A stretch of 57,827 bases of DNA, the filler included, from Circinaria calcarea (taxonomy: Eukaryota): NCBI GenBank assembly GCA_051942165.1. It is 4 parts of 4 records of this genome, joined end to end, with 100 filler letters (N's around TTAATTAATTAA, not from the genome) between each part and the next. Parts side by side here need not be neighbours in the genome. Positions count along the whole stretch, not along the records: positions 28,995 to 43,374 come from JAVECS010000436.1; positions 43,475 to 57,827 come from JAVECS010000437.1; 2 more parts are not named here. One strand, written 5' to 3'. The notes under the pieces are model-generated. The model saw only the letters and a program-made list of their open reading frames with translations, had not been told where the DNA came from and did no database searches. A program made the translations under genes and the position numbers. Shown here piece by piece: positions 35,194 through 49,307 of this stretch (within the stretch, counting starts at the first letter, position 1; the number at the start of each line of letters is the position of its first letter).

Positions 35194-37583
35194 ATGATGA
35201 AGGTTTTCCCGCTATTGCATCGGACCCTCACAGGCTCGTCTGCCAAGTCTTCCGCCTCGTCAACAAGCAGCAGCTTGGATCACAGCCGTAATCGAAGTAA
35301 AGCCTCACTGCCCATCTGGAAGAACAAGGGAGAAGCCCCATCCGACCCTTTATTCTACGAAGACGAAGGTGAAAGGGGACCATCTTCACAAACGCCGACG
35401 GCCGACTTCGCAACCGAGAGTCCATCAGTCGATCAACAACAAATACCTGCCAACCTCCTAGAGTCTCCGCAATCAATACATCGAGAAGACGAAATCCCCC
35501 GACTCACGTTGGAGACGCCCACACCAGATCCGTCGAGTCGTCCCAAGAGAACCGTCAAGGAATTGGGTGCATCGGCAGGGGATTCACAAGCTCACGTAGA
35601 GACCGAGGCTCAGCGACCCGGGACTGGACCTCGAAAGCAGTCACTGGCGCACCAGCGTGAGGCTGGTTTCCTCAAATCTTTGGTGGCAGCTGAGAGGCCA
35701 CAAACCCGAAGCGGTCAATCCGACTACTTTGGCGGAATCAGTGCCAACATGCTACATCGCAAGATATGGGTGAAGCGACCGGGAGCTTCGGCGACGCTGG
35801 TCGTCATCAACGAGGACGATTTGGTGGATGATGTCCGGGACATGATACTGAAGAAGTATGCAAATTCGCTGGGGAGGAGCTTCGATGCACCAGATGTCAC
35901 ATTGCGCATAGTGCCCCGGGATCATTCACATCGACACCCCTATGGGGAACGCACACTGGGTCCCGAAGAGCCCATCTGCAGGACATTAGATGGCTATTAT
36001 CCAGGCGGCCAAACTGTCGACGACGCTCTCATCATCGATGTTCCGCAGCGACGCACCCCGAGGCAGTCGCCAAAAGTACCCATGCCCTACTATATTTCCG
36101 AAGACACCCGACCTGGTGAGAGTGGTACGGATTACTTTCCTCCCATGCTCGCCGGAGGAGCTCCCTCACCCCTATTACCATCTAACCTCTCCGTTGCCAG
36201 TGGCCCGACCTCACATCGATCGGCGGTGAATTCCATCTCGATCCTAAATACCGGTCAAGTCCCAGCACTGCCATCACCTGGTGGCCGTGGCATACGCCAT
36301 TCCTCTCATCGACCCAGAGCTACGCGTATACACACTTCATCTCCGACGACAATCTCTTCTACTATTGGAAATCCCAACGGTAAGAATTGTTGCCTACGGG
36401 TTATTTTAGATTTGTCACCTTACTGATCCGTTCTCTAGATCGGTCTCAAATCCACATGAACGGGGCCCCCCCTGCTCCGCCGCTGCCGTCATCCCCTGTT
36501 CCCGATGAAGCCATCGGTCCACTTCCTATCATCGCACCACCCCCACGACCTTCATCTCCACGCCCTACCAAGGCCACCAGGAAACCTCGAGATAAGGGAA
36601 AACTTCCCAATGCATCATTACCACGCGGTCTCCTAGACGGAGCCGTACCTCCAATCAATGTCCTCATCGTCGAAGACAACATTATCAACCTCAAACTTCT
36701 CGAAGCTTTCATGAAGCGTCTCAAGGTCCGGTGGCATACGGCTATGAATGGGCGAGAGGCTGTCAATAAGTGGAGAGATGGTGGCTTTCACTTGGTTCTG
36801 ATGGACATTCAACTACCGGTGATGAACGGACTGGAAGCTACAAAGGAGATAAGAAGATTAGAAAGGATCAACGGAGTTGGATTTGGATCCGGCAGCACAA
36901 ACGCGAGTGGAAGATCGAGTGCTGCTGGAGGGGAATATAGCGAAGATGTCGATCTAGGGCAAATCCCGGATGGAGAAGATCGGTTTATGAATTCGGAGCT
37001 GTTCAAAAGTCCGGTTATCATTGTTGCATTGACAGCCAGTAGTTTGCAGAGTGATAGGCATGAGGCTTTGGCGGCGGGATGTAACGACTTTTTGACAAAG
37101 GTACGTTTCCCACTTTTGCTCCGAAAGCTCTTCAAGTGGAACTGTTCCCTGCTTACCGCACTACCTTTTCAGCCCGTTAATTTCGTCTGGCTGGAACGCA
37201 AAGTCATGGAATGGGGCTGCATGCAAGCCCTCATCGATTTTGACGGTTGGCGCAAATGGAAAGACTTCACCCAAACAGGAAGTGGTGCCGTTTCCGGCCC
37301 AGCCCCTATCACTAGCAACAGCAGTAGCAAATCCTCCGCCCCAAATCTCAACACCTCCTCTGCAATTTCCACAGCGGTGAACACGAAGGAATCGCCAAAG
37401 GAGGGAAAGGCGAAGAAGTTACTAAGTTCAGGACCGGGGGGGGTGCCGAACGCGAGGACGGGGAGGAAGGAGAAGAGGAGGAGTTTGGGAGCCGGGAGTT
37501 TGAGCGGGGTAGCAGAGGATGGGGAGGAAGTCGGCGAGGAGGTCGGTAGTGGGGCTGGGAGGGCGATTGCTGCGGGGGCTTGA
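35194..37583 (+). CDS. SSK1: HOG-pathway response regulator Ssk1/SskA, 3 exons (introns 36380-36438, 37101-37172)
   Basis: KIWVKRPGASATLV...LKKYANSLGRSFDAPD, receiver domain PPINVLIVEDNIIN...LVLMDIQLP...IVALTASSLQSDRHEALAAGCNDFLTKP, and WLERKVMEWGCMQALIDFDGWR. Confidence 0.95.
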
Positions 37584-38003
37584 GAAGCCTGTGAGGGTAA
37601 TGAGAGAGTTCTGCGTGGAAGGAAGGGCTACATTTTGCAGAGATTGCTTGAAGGCAGCAGAATACAAGAAAGGGCGGTAATTTGCTTCTTGTTTTATTTT
37701 TATTTTTCTATTTTGGGCTTGCAGCGGGAAGAGAAGGAGAGCATCAGATATACCCCATTTTCTTATTTCCCCCATCCGGAGCACTCCGCCTTTTATCATC
37801 CTTGTCTCTGATTAGTTCTGGCCTTTTGGGGGGCAACAACCCGGAGCGGAAGCATACAAAAAAACAATCTGGGCTTACCAGGTTCTTAAGGGATTCTACT
37901 ACAGCTACGTGTGTGAGAAGGACGTGACATGGTTTGAATTGTTGTTTGGGGGAAGGTTTTCCATCTTATGTTTCCGTGTCCACCCGACCGAGTCGGCTTA
38001 CAG

Positions 38004-38031
38004 TGATTTGATTTTGATTTGATTTTGATTT
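38004..38031. repeat. Short GATTT/GATTTT simple repeat
   Basis: gatttgattttgatttgattttgattt in the intergenic region after SSK1. Confidence 0.7.
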
Positions 38032-38596
38032 GGACCACATCAACTCGAACTTACACCCCGAGTTAGTGTACGCCGGGGGATTTTGGACCAAAACTGCGCA
38101 TAGAAATCAGGGATGGGGTACGGGCGTAAAAGGTGGTTTTGCTGCGTTGTGGTACATTTTGACGGATCTCTTCTCTGGCGCTTCTCCAACTATTAACCCA
38201 TGTTGAAGGAGAAAGCGCAGACAGCAGTAGCCCATGGGTAAGCTACCTACTGTTAATCCCTTATGAACTTCTGATGGTGATGATGGGATGTATTGAACCT
38301 CGTGGTTCGGGATCCAAATGGTTTAGCTTAATTGCTATGGGATTGAAAAGTTATTGGTAGGTTTTTGCTGAGGATCGAGTGCAAGGGCTTCAGGCTATGC
38401 TTTATCAGACGTCTTTGAACCAGAGCGGCTGGGTACCTCGAGTTAGATATGTTTGGACTTTGCTGTCCCGAAGCATAAGGCTGATCTACACAGGCATTTT
38501 TAGCGCAGGCTTTGATCGATATCAGGGGTGTAAAATTAGCGCCGGGTAGAATGCACTCGGTACCTGAACCTCTAAAATAAGTAGTGCACTCACCTT

Positions 38597-38603
38597 TGAC
38601 TCA
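38597..38603 (+). promoter_or_regulatory. Gcn4/CpcA (cross-pathway control) element TGACTCA
   Basis: Perfect TGACTCA about 90 nt upstream of the LYS1 ATG, followed by TATAA boxes; expected for an amino-acid biosynthetic gene. Confidence 0.65.
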
Positions 38604-38692
38604 CTTCCATTATTCATATAATACATTATAAAACACCTTGAATTATCTCAATCGCAATCACTCTGCTAACTTGTTTCTGTATCATAATTACC

Positions 38693-40306
38693 ATGTCAAG
38701 CACAATTCTGCATCTTCGCTCTGAGAGCAAACCATTAGAGCACCGCTCTGCCCTCACCCCTACCACCACCAAAGCTTTGATTGACGCAGGCTATAAAGTC
38801 CATGTGGAACGGTCTCCTGAACGTATCTTTGACGATAGCGAGTTCGAGGAAGCTGGTGCGATCCTTGTCGATGAAGGTTCTTGGCAATCCGTCCCCGCCG
38901 ACAACATTATAATTGGCCTCAAAGAGTACAAGCTATTGTGACTACAGGTTTGTAAACCACGCAAAACTAAGATCGTATTGCAGGTTGCCCGAAGACACCT
39001 TCCCGCTCGAGCATACACATGTTCAATTTGCACACTGTGAGCACTCTTTGCTTTTAATCTCCATTCCTGCTTATTTCTCTTCTAGGCTATAAGAACCAAG
39101 AAGGATGGCAAGACGTGTTGAGTCGCTTCCCTCGTGGTGGCGGTACGTTGCTTGATCTCGAATTTCTTCAAGACGAGAGTGGTCGGAGAGTAGCAGCGTT
39201 TGGATATCACGCGGGTTTTGCTGGTGCAGCACTTGCGGTGCAGGCATGGGCATGGCAGCTTACGCATCCAAAAGACCTGCTACTCCCTGGTGTATCTAGT
39301 TATGCCAATGAAAACTTGCTGTTGGAAGAGATTGGTAGCGCTCTGAAAGAGGGCGAGAAGAAAGCGGGACGGCCTCCGAGGGTTCTAGTGATTGGAGCCC
39401 TCGGGCGGTGTGGCAAAGGAGCTGTGGAGTTATGTCAGAAGGTTGGAATCCCAGATGGTAAGCATCTGCCCGCTTAGAGATTTTTAATTCAACGGATCCA
39501 AGAGTCATTGCTGAGTTGAATACTTGTCGACCAAGGGAACATACTGAAATGGGACATGGCCGAGTAAGTTATGAGATAACCTAGAACGTCTGGGGACCAC
39601 AGCTGACAGCCAGGTTTTAGAACTGCCAAGGGTGGCCCGGTAGGCTTCAAATCCTGGCTATCGTGCCCGTGTGATACTAATCTTTTTGTATCCTCTCTAG
39701 TTTAAGGAGATTATTGAGTCAGATATAGTACATTGTCTATTCACTGTATCACCTGAATCTCTTTGATATACTGACATTATCTAGTTCGTGAACTGTATAT
39801 ACCTTTCAACTCCTATACCGCCCTTTGTCGACTCCGCTCTACTATCCAGCCCTGATAGGAGGCTTTCAGTGGTTTGCGATGTATCCTGTGATATGTGAGT
39901 ATTCAATGTCCTGATCAGGTACCAGCGCTAATCTTCTTCTCCGCGCTCCAGAACAAACCCTCATGTAAGGCATCCCTCAGTCGTGGCCACAAAAGCATTC
40001 TCGAGGGAACACTAATAACAAGGAATTTAGAACCCTATACCGTGCACTCAAAATATCGCCACTACGTTTGAGCATCCAACTGCGCTAGTGGAGGTAGAAA
40101 GAGATCCGCCGCTAAGCGTGATCACAATAGACCATCTTCCCAGCCTGCTTCCGAGAGAAGCAAGTGAAGCCTTCAGCAACGCACTCCTACCCAGTTTACT
40201 CCAGCTCAAGAATAGGCAGAGCGCACGAGTATGGCAGCAGGCGGAGGAGCTGTTCAACAAAAAGGTTACAGCGCTGCCAGCGGGGATGACTAGTCGAAGT
40301 ACTTGA
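38693..40306 (+). CDS. LYS1: Saccharopine dehydrogenase (NAD+, L-lysine-forming), 9 exons
   Basis: [57 protein letters not shown] and [17 protein letters not shown]; eight GT-AG introns traced. Confidence 0.97.
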
Positions 40307-41220
40307 GGCGGACTGTCTGATTTACATGAACATACTCGGTGACCAGGGTGTTGGGTTTTTATCAGGCAAGCTAGTTGTCGAATTAAAGTACCTCAGCGAG
40401 CGCGGCTGGTTTATACGTCTTTTAGCTTGATCTAGTAGATTGTAGACCTTTCTCTGAGGGAGCGGCCCTCTTTAGCACAACAAGGCCCCGATTTCAGATA
40501 GCAAAAGAAGGCATACTTTTGTTCCGTCCCTATGCTAGTCCGTCGTGATTGTAGTCACAATGCTTCAGCAAAGGCCTCCAAACCGTATAAGGCAGGGGAA
40601 GCTCTGTCGATGGAAATCTGTCTTGAAGGTTTTCCTGTACCAACAGTCGGCAAAGTCAGAATGCCAATGTTCCTCGCCTACTGTCATACAAGTGAAATCT
40701 TGACCGTGAGAGTTCTTAGGTGAGATACTATGGAAAGGGAACTGTAGCACTAGTTATCGATTTCTTGTAAACAGAGGCCCGGAGCCTTTTTCTATGCTCC
40801 CCGGTTGCAATGATTTTTAATTCCCGGGATTAAATCATGTATCTACTCCCTGCGCTTTTGTACGATGGGAAATCAATGGGGGCATTTATAATTTTTGGGG
40901 GGGGGGGTTGTTTTTTGAGAAGAGAAACCTGCACGTGTTTAGGGTGCAGATACTGGTATGCAGAATTGTAAAGTACAGCGGTTCGCTGTCTCGGGAACCC
41001 AACGTAACGTAGAACTCGCCAAGTTCCTTCACAATTCCCAAGTACCTATGAATGCAACTTTCCAGTGCTACAAAATCACTAGGGAAAGGAATGATCCACC
41101 GCTTCTATGACCTTGAGTCTTTTAATACGGTCGGAGGTCGTAGACGGTGCTTATAATCAGCATTGCTTACCAAGGCGTCTTGGCAACACGCAAGCCTGAC
41201 AAAAAATTGTCCATTGAGCA

Positions 41221-42902
41221 ATGAGGAATGGAAAGAAGATCTCTCCAATGTCACCTTTGGCATATCCTCACAATCCTACGCACTCAATCCGAGATTCGGA
41301 TTTGATTGGCAACAACCGTGAGCAACCCTCACCACGTTCAACGAGCAGCTCTCCAAACTCGACAGAATTATTTTCTAGGTACAGTGAGGACTCCAAAGAA
41401 AAAATCCGGAGACCAGAGTCACCGGTCACAACAGACGGTGAGTGGACGAGTGGGGAAGAAACAGCTACAGGCGATTACATGGATAGCGAATATGAATCCT
41501 CCTATTCCAAAGCGCACGCGTACGACTACCCCATTCAGCGATCTCGGAGGCCGCTTCTAGACTATTTTCGCAGCGGACGGTGTTCGCATTCCAAACTTGG
41601 CACATTGCTCACTCCGCCATTGAATCGAGAAGACTCTAAAGCTCCCCGATGGACACAAGTAGTGAAAGGCCGAAAGTTTCGAAGATATATCCTCTCCTAC
41701 CTACTGTTCCTATGTATGTGCTGGATCAGCTGGAATCGATGGGTAGAACCCATATGGAACGAACATTCGTTACTGAGGGAATCTCTGGATGAAAGGATGA
41801 AGACGGGAAAAGGGTGGTTTGGAATAAATTTACGGCCAAAATTTGCGGACATTATACAGGTCAAAGATATGGATAGGGATCTGATTCCACATGGAGGGCG
41901 GAGAAGGATGCGGTTGATAGTCGTGGGGGATGTACACGGCTGCAAAGATGAGCGTATGCTTTATCCTAGCATGGGAGCCCGGAACAGCTTGTGAATGATT
42001 TGGACAATTAAAAGGCTGACGGGAACTGTCTTTGTAGTCGTCTCTCTCCTCGCCAAGCTCTCCTACCAGGACTCTACAGACCATCTGATCCTCGCCGGCG
42101 ATATCATCTCCAAAGGTCCTCACTCCACTTCTGTCGTCAGTCTTGCCATGTCATTGAACGCTTCCTGTGTTCGCGGTAATCACGAAGACCGAGTTTTGCT
42201 TGCACATCGAGATATGAATACCAACCACCTTGCTCTCCCGGGTCCTCACGAGGATACCGATTCGCCTTCATCCGTGTTAGATAATCTCGACGAAGAGTCC
42301 TTCTCACATGGTGATTACATGGACCGTAATCTCGCAAAATCGCTTAGCAGGGAACAAATTGCCTATCTCGCCGCCTGTCCTCTGATCCTACGGTTAGGAG
42401 ATTTGAAAGGTATCGGTAAAGTAACCGTCGTTCATGCTGGTCTAGTACCCGGTGTAGATTTTGAGCGGCAAGATCCGTCGGCAGTGATGACTATGCGGAC
42501 TGTAGATCTGGACACTCATGTACCAAGTAGAGATAGCGAAGGCGTTCCATGGACCAAGGTACTTTTCAAGTCTCTCTTTTTCAACCCCACCAATCACCTG
42601 TTATATGCATTGTCCTCGCAACTATGCTGACCAAACTCTCCCAGCTCTGGAATAAATATCAATCCCTCCTCCCGAAACATCACCGCCAAACCGTCATCTA
42701 CGGCCACGACTCCCGCCGCGGTCTTTCCATCTCCAAGTACTCCAAAGGCCTGGATACCGGCTGTGTCAAGGGAGGCAAACTCACGGCTCTGGTGATTGAA
42801 AATGGGGGGAGATGGAGCCAGAACATGCGAGCGAGGACGTTTAGTGTGCGCTGCAGGGATTACAGAGTGCGGAAAGATGTACCCGATCTGGGACAGGTTT
42901 AA
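41221..42902 (+). CDS. Membrane-anchored calcineurin-like metallophosphoesterase (Ppn2/ApaH-like), 3 exons
   Basis: GDVHGC, GDIISKGP, VRGNHEDR, VHAG, YGHD and GLDTGCVKGG motifs; one N-terminal hydrophobic segment (YILSYLLFLCMCWISW). Confidence 0.85.
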
Positions 42903-43374
42903 GTTCCCCTTGTTTGGGCTGAGGGGGAGAACAAAATGAGGTTGTGAATTTACGAAAAGCAACATGAGAAGAGATGTTCTTGGGGTCACGGGGCGTTTTT
43001 AGTCATGGGATGGATGATCTCTAGCATGGAGGGGGAGGTTAGGAGGGAACTCGGTGCATAGTAGACCTTTGGTATGAAAGCCAGATCCCCCCCCCCCCCC
43101 CGCCCCATTGGCGTACTTTTCTCTTTTGCATCTCACATAAATGGAATAGCGTCCCGTCTTTTTCTTCCCGGTATCGCCGGCTATCCTCTGCATAAGGGCG
43201 GGCACTCGGAAGAATTTGGGGACGACGCGGTAGCAAAAGGGGGGAATTCTGGCGTTGGAAAAGTGGGGAATTTGGGAATTTTGATGGAATCAAGCTACGA
43301 TTCCGCGCGCTCCCTTTGTTTGGTCTCTCCCTTGGCCCTTGGGATTTCAAAACTCGGCATCACCCTTCCCCCCC

Positions 43375-43474
43375 NNNNNNNNNNNNNNNNNNNNNNNNNN
43401 NNNNNNNNNNNNNNNNNNTTAATTAATTAANNNNNNNNNNNNNNNNNNNNNNNNNNNNNNNNNNNNNNNNNNNN
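43375..43474. other. Artificial contig linker N44-TTAATTAATTAA-N44
   Basis: Same 100-nt structure as the other two gaps. Confidence 0.97.
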
Positions 43475-44335
43475 TTCCCATCCTTCTCCTCCTTTAGATT
43501 AGAAAACCCTCAATGCAAATTCACACTCCCTCTAGCTTCCCTGTCCCCTTTCCCCTCCCCCCCCTCCCACACCCGGGGGCAAGATTGAAGGATTAAAGGA
43601 TCAAGGACGGGGGTAATGAGAATGAGTGTGGAAAGGGAAAGGGAAAAAAAGGAAAGGAAAGGAAAGAATGGAGAAAATCGAGACATGTGTATGCTCCCGA
43701 TCCTATTCCCAATCTTGTTCCCAGTTCCCAATTCCCCATTCCCATCAACGCAACGGGAAACGAGAACCGAACCGAACCGGAACAGAATGCTGTTGCGGGG
43801 ATTTTGTTTTGTGGTGGAAACCAAAGGAAGCACCCGAAGCATAAAGGGAGAGAGGGAAAGGGAAAAAGGAAAATCCAAGGAAGAAAAAAGCACGACTTTT
43901 TTTTTTTTTTTTGCAATTCATCACGTAGAAATTTTTGAAAAAGATTCGACTTGTAAGTTCTTCTTTAGATTAATCAGGGTAGAAAAACATCTGGGTATCT
44001 CCTGCCTCCCCCGTTCCCTCAATCCCTCCGCCCAATCGATCGCGTACAGAGTGTACCCGACAAAACTAACCGTCACTCTATCCAGCCGATACATTTTCAA
44101 ATGAGTAGAGCAGAGCCAGCCAGAAGCCATCCATCCGATTCTTGATTTCCCTTGTTCGCATTCGCATTCCTATCCATCTATGTCGGTAATAGTGAACATA
44201 GATCTCCCCCAGAGCCGGCATGATCGTTTTTGTCCCTCCCAAACCAGAGCAAGTCTATCGAGGGCCTAATTCCGTTGGAACCGGTAAGTACGCCATCCTA
44301 TGCCGCATTATCATCATGTCGTAAAAATACATTCG

Positions 44336-47300
44336 TCAGTATCCCGGCCTTTCCCCCCCAAACACAATTCCTTCATCGTCACTGTCATACTCCCCCTCAT
44401 CCCCGTCCCCATTATAGCCCGCCTCGTCGTCTTCAGGAGCTGGTGGACCCAGACTTCTACTCTTCCCTTTCCCTATCGACGCGGCAAAGTCATCATCAAT
44501 ACTCAAGGTAGAAATGCCGAGCGAGCCCCGCTTCTGGTATTGTTGCTCGTCCGCGGCGGTTGATAGGGAAGATGTTCCACTGACGACAGACGGTATGCTG
44601 GGATAGGAAAACGATTCGCTCATCTCGGATGTCCTGAGATCGTCTGAAGAGGACAACCCCATTGTCGGATTTATTGGCGGTGCTGGTTGTTGTCTGGCAT
44701 AAAATGTCTCGTCATCAGGGGAAGGTGGACATTCGACGACAGTATTCGCCTTACTCCTAGGCCCGGTATCAGCTGAGAGTCGTTCGGCTTCGTGGACATG
44801 ACGTCGATAGTTCTGTTCCTGCGCGCGCTGGAAATTGACGTTGGAAAAATCTCCAGGCGTCTGCGGAGATACAGGAAGAGGGGGCCATGTTTGGTCATCA
44901 AGCTCAGATTCCTCTCGCAGCACAGGCGGTTGATCCACATGGCCGGCGGCGTAAGCCAAAGAAAATGCGATGCTTGGACCGGCGTGCGGGTCTTCAACCA
45001 CAGATACCATGTTCTCAATCGAAGAGGACCGGCTCGATTGAGTCGCACTTGTATTATCGCGGCCGTGCGTGTTGCGTTCCCTACTACGCATACTTTTGAC
45101 GAATCGACGACCAGCACCACCAAAGATCCCACTCAGGCCAGAAGACGTGTTTGCATGTGTGTCGATCACTGGTGTTGAAGAAGGGACTGGACAGTTCTCG
45201 ATAGGTGGTGGAGTGCTATCGCGAGTCGCAGTGGACGAGATTCGCGCTCTGATTGTTTTCATGGATTCGGTGTTGGAAATCACACGCCCAGGAGGACTAG
45301 GCCGTCTTACTAGAGAACTTATATTTGGGGAACCCGGTGCCAAATTTGTTACATTAGCCACCTTCGCAACAGGTTCTGTAAAGTATGATTGATGCTCCTT
45401 CCCTTCAGGACTTGCTACCACGCTCTGGGCCAAAGGGTGTTCGGTGGTTTCTCGAGATGCTCGTAGGGCTGAGATGATCTGCTCATCTCCTCGAAGGCTT
45501 GTTCTCCTTCCTTCCATATCATCTCCACTGTCTTTGCTGGGTTCACCAAGACTTTCCTCCACAGGTTTCACATTACTTTCGCCTCTTTTTCGCGAGTCCC
45601 GGCCTCGAACGACTGACCCTAGTCGCCGGATCCCGGATTTGATTCTGTCAACAATCGTGAGCGGGATAACAGCCTCGCTGACTTCTTGGCTGGAAACTTC
45701 AATCTTTTTGCCCTCACTTTGCAATGATGGATCTGTCTCATCGATCCAAGCAGATTGATTCTTTATGCCCTGAAGTACCCAAGGGTGATGCTTGACTTCC
45801 TTCAGTGTTATCCGTTTCGTGGGTTTTTTATGCAGGAGTCGCTTCAACAGGTCACGCAATTCGTCATCAACGACATCGTATTCGAGTACATCATCCAACC
45901 TATTATTGATGTTCTTGGATTCATTTGTCCCGTCCTCGACTGCCTTCAGGCGCTTTAATGGGATAAAAACTTCCTGCCTCGCAATCTTCTCGTACATTGC
46001 AAACTCGTTGACATCATAGAATGGAAGACGGCCGAATATCATGCCGTAGAGCGTGACGCCTAAGGCCCAGACGTCAATTTGACCATTGATTTGAGGCCGT
46101 ACGGGATTCTTTTCCACGTCAAATAATTCTGGATCACAAAGTTCTGGGGCGTAGAAGGCGGGCGTGCCCACCGTCTTTGCGAGCTCAATAGCCTCGTCCA
46201 AATTGGCAGCATCCGCTTCCTCAATCTCTTCCTTGTTTTCATCCTCCCGAATAGGTCTGCCGAGGTAAGAAACACCAAAGTCGGATATCTTCACGCGATG
46301 ATCCTTTGTCCAGAGGAGATTGGCAGGCTTTATATCGCGATGGATGATGCCTTGATAATGAAGATACTCGAGTCCAAGGACTGTGTCGCGAAATGCTTCA
46401 AGAGCTTGGGATAAGGTCAGGCATGGAGCGTATAAGAACTCCTCGTCCTCTTCCGGCCATTGCGCCTGCTCAGCGATAACTTGGTGCAGAGTAGATTGGA
46501 ATCGGATTTTAGCAGCCTGAGAATTAGCTTCATCCCCAGTATAAGGTTCCCAAGTAGTACCTGCAAGTGCAGGTAATACAAAGGCCGATTCGGTGTCAAC
46601 AGGATAGTGATAGTCAGTGTAATCCTGCAGAGACCTTAGGGACTCCTGGCTAGCTGACGAACCAGGATTTGGGTTAAATGTATCTGGGCCGGCGTCTCCG
46701 GTAGGAGTAGGGAACGCTGAGGTGTCTGGCTTTTCGGTGTAAACACTGGACTGAGAATGCAACTTAGTACCCCTCTCCCGCTCCTCTTCAGAGTAAGCAC
46801 CAAACTCGATGCTCCACGGATCCGGCATGGTGGTGACTTGATCCTTGGGTCCGGCCGGGATATTCTTCTCGTTTAAAAGACGTTCTTTAGCTTGACCCAT
46901 CTGATGAGATAGGAGCTCCTTTTTTTCGGCACGTCTCTCCTCAACACCTTCATTGAAGCGGGCAATCAGTTCAGCTTCGAATGCATCATTGATTTGGCCA
47001 GACATTTCCCGTTTGACACGATCGAGCTCGAATCTAGCAACGTCCTCGTCTGCCAGTTTACGCCATGAGATCTCTCCGAGGTCGATAAATTCTAAGATAA
47101 GATATACTTTGTTGAAGACTGGATCATCGATCACCTCGTTTAAGCTGACAATATGAGGATGACGAGCCTTCTTCAGGATAGCGACTTCTTTTTTGACTCT
47201 GTCTTCAGGGGTTTCTTGCTTGCCTAGACGAACCTTTTTGGAGAACCGGCGCACAATTTTGATGGCCACGGCTTTGTCATTGAGCAGATTCCGTCCAAGC

Positions 47301-48465
47301 TTGACTGTACCATGAGCCCCGCTACCAAGCTTACCGTGAAATTCATAGTTATTGATGATCTTCCTGCCTGATATCGGATCGATGTCCTTCAGTAGCTTAT
47401 GTGTTCTGTATATAGTTAGTAGGAATATCCAGGTCAAGGTACTAATGTATACACAAAACTGATAGAAAGAGTTTTGCATATCCACATCAATTGTAGTCCG
47501 CTCAATGAAATATAGGAAACTTACTCCTTTGGCGCTTGAAGGTGCGTTGGGTGCAGAAGCGGTATACTGTAATGGGTTTCCGCGGTATCATCGTCTGTGG
47601 CATTGTCCTTCGGATAGGCAGCGACAAACAACCCTGGGCTGTGCGCTGGTGTATGGCCTGTTGTTCTTGCTCCCGAGTCCTTTGATGACCGATCTCGCGA
47701 TTTCATTGCCGAGCCGGACGAATAAGACGGACCTGCAGAGGTTTGCGAGTCTCTAGACGGTGAAGGATGTGGTTGGTATGGAGGCGGGTGATATTGAGTC
47801 TGTAATGCAGCGAATGACTGATCGGGATATCTAGGTCCCTCTTGTCGCTGTTGAGTCTTGGCTTGGAGTGAAGAGATAGGCCCGGAGGAAATGGGGCTAG
47901 CAGTCTTGGTGAGTAGCGGAGAGTCAATCGGTGATGATAGACCTAAAACCGACTGGTTACCTAAGCCTGAGGATGTCGAATGAAGATTTGGAAGCCCCTC
48001 TCTAAGAGGACTTCCAGGATGCGAGCTCTGAAGAGAATTCGATGACGTGTAAGTACTATGTAAAGGGGACGAGGGGTTGGACGCAGAAGTCAAACTGGCA
48101 AGACACATCGAACTCGTCCCATGAGGTGCCGCGCCCGGATACACGTTTGTCTCATCTGCTCTGTCAATGACCGTATCGGCACACCTTTCACAGAACGTTG
48201 ACGGTACCGCAGGTCCTTTGGTTGAGTTTGAAGTTTCTGACATCGGTGTATTTGCTTGATCGTTATGTATCCACGTTCGTTCCTGGGGCATCTCGCCTTG
48301 CTGAAGCTCTTTCGAACTTTGCATTGTCACCGTCACGTCCTTCGGGAATTTTGTCTCACTGGTCTCTTCCAAAGGTAGCTGCAAGTAAGGTGTGGTTTGT
48401 GCGGTCTCTTTTTGTTCTAGTGCTCTGTGCTGTTCCCCAATATATTGTATACCCTTTGTATGCAT
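44336..48465 (-). CDS. CaMKK-family Snf1-activating kinase (Sak1/Ssp1-like), 2 exons (intron 47524-47406), start uncertain
   Basis: Splicing gives HLQAPKE-THK..DPISGRKIINNYE. Kinase motifs GSGAHGTVKLG, VAIK, KKEVAILKK, HRDIKPANLL, ISDFGVS and KTVGTPAFYAPE, with a large insert in the kinase domain. Confidence 0.88.
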
Positions 48466-49274
48466 CCTTTTCTCCGAGCGCTCAAACCGGTTGAACTTGT
48501 GCTTGCAGGAAGACCAATTCGGCATAACACGTTTTATCCAGCATGTGGCCTGCCACCAGACTGGCAAGGTCACTGGGATGGTCAAGGATGAGGTATAAGA
48601 CGGACAGAAGCGGATTTCATTGTGACCAGAAGTACGAGCACAGGATTCTTATTGTCCAATGCAGAACGCGCCAGGTATAATATAAGGATAGCTGATTGAA
48701 TGAAGGTGGATAAAGTGAATAGCACCAGTCACAATGGACGCTTTGACGATATACAGATACTGACTGGAGGCGCAGTGAGAGCGAGGATTCTGGTCTAAGC
48801 CTGGACTAGTTGTTCAGAGAGGGAAGCAAAAGGCAGCTGGTAAATGCTGAAAGTTAGAGGTGTCCTTCATGTGCTCGCCAGACAGTCACAGGAGACTTAC
48901 TAGCGTTCTCGCTGGGGCGGGGAGATAACAGAGAAGTTTGCACAGGAAACAGCAGAATGCGACCACGATCCAAGTCCCAATAGAGTGATTAGAGAGAGAG
49001 ACCGTGTGAGAAACAAAGCCCATTCTCAGGCAGAGCACAACTCCATCCGACAAGAATCCATCATGGCATGGGAATCGTTGGGCTGCTCGGCAGCTATTAT
49101 TCTAGTGCAATAATGGATGGTGGTCCCCTCCGAGTTTTCCCCACACGACGGGCGCACGAACTAAGAAATGGCTAGGGGGCGATTGGAGGGATTGCTCGAT
49201 CGCGATCTCGGCCGAGATGATGGCGATGGGAAGTCCCTCGATGATAATAATTGCAAGACCGGCTGAAGAGGAAG

Positions 49275-49307
49275 TGGGAGAGGGAGAGGGAGAAGGAGAA
49301 GGAGAGG
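49275..49307. repeat. Purine-rich GGGAGA/AGGAGA simple repeat
   Basis: gggagagggagagggagaaggagaaggagaggg upstream of the kinase gene. Confidence 0.7.

Noticed and set aside
43510..44104. ORFs in purine-rich sequence after the third gap
   Set aside because: Low-complexity, low-quality contig end, probably the 3' flank of the kinase gene.
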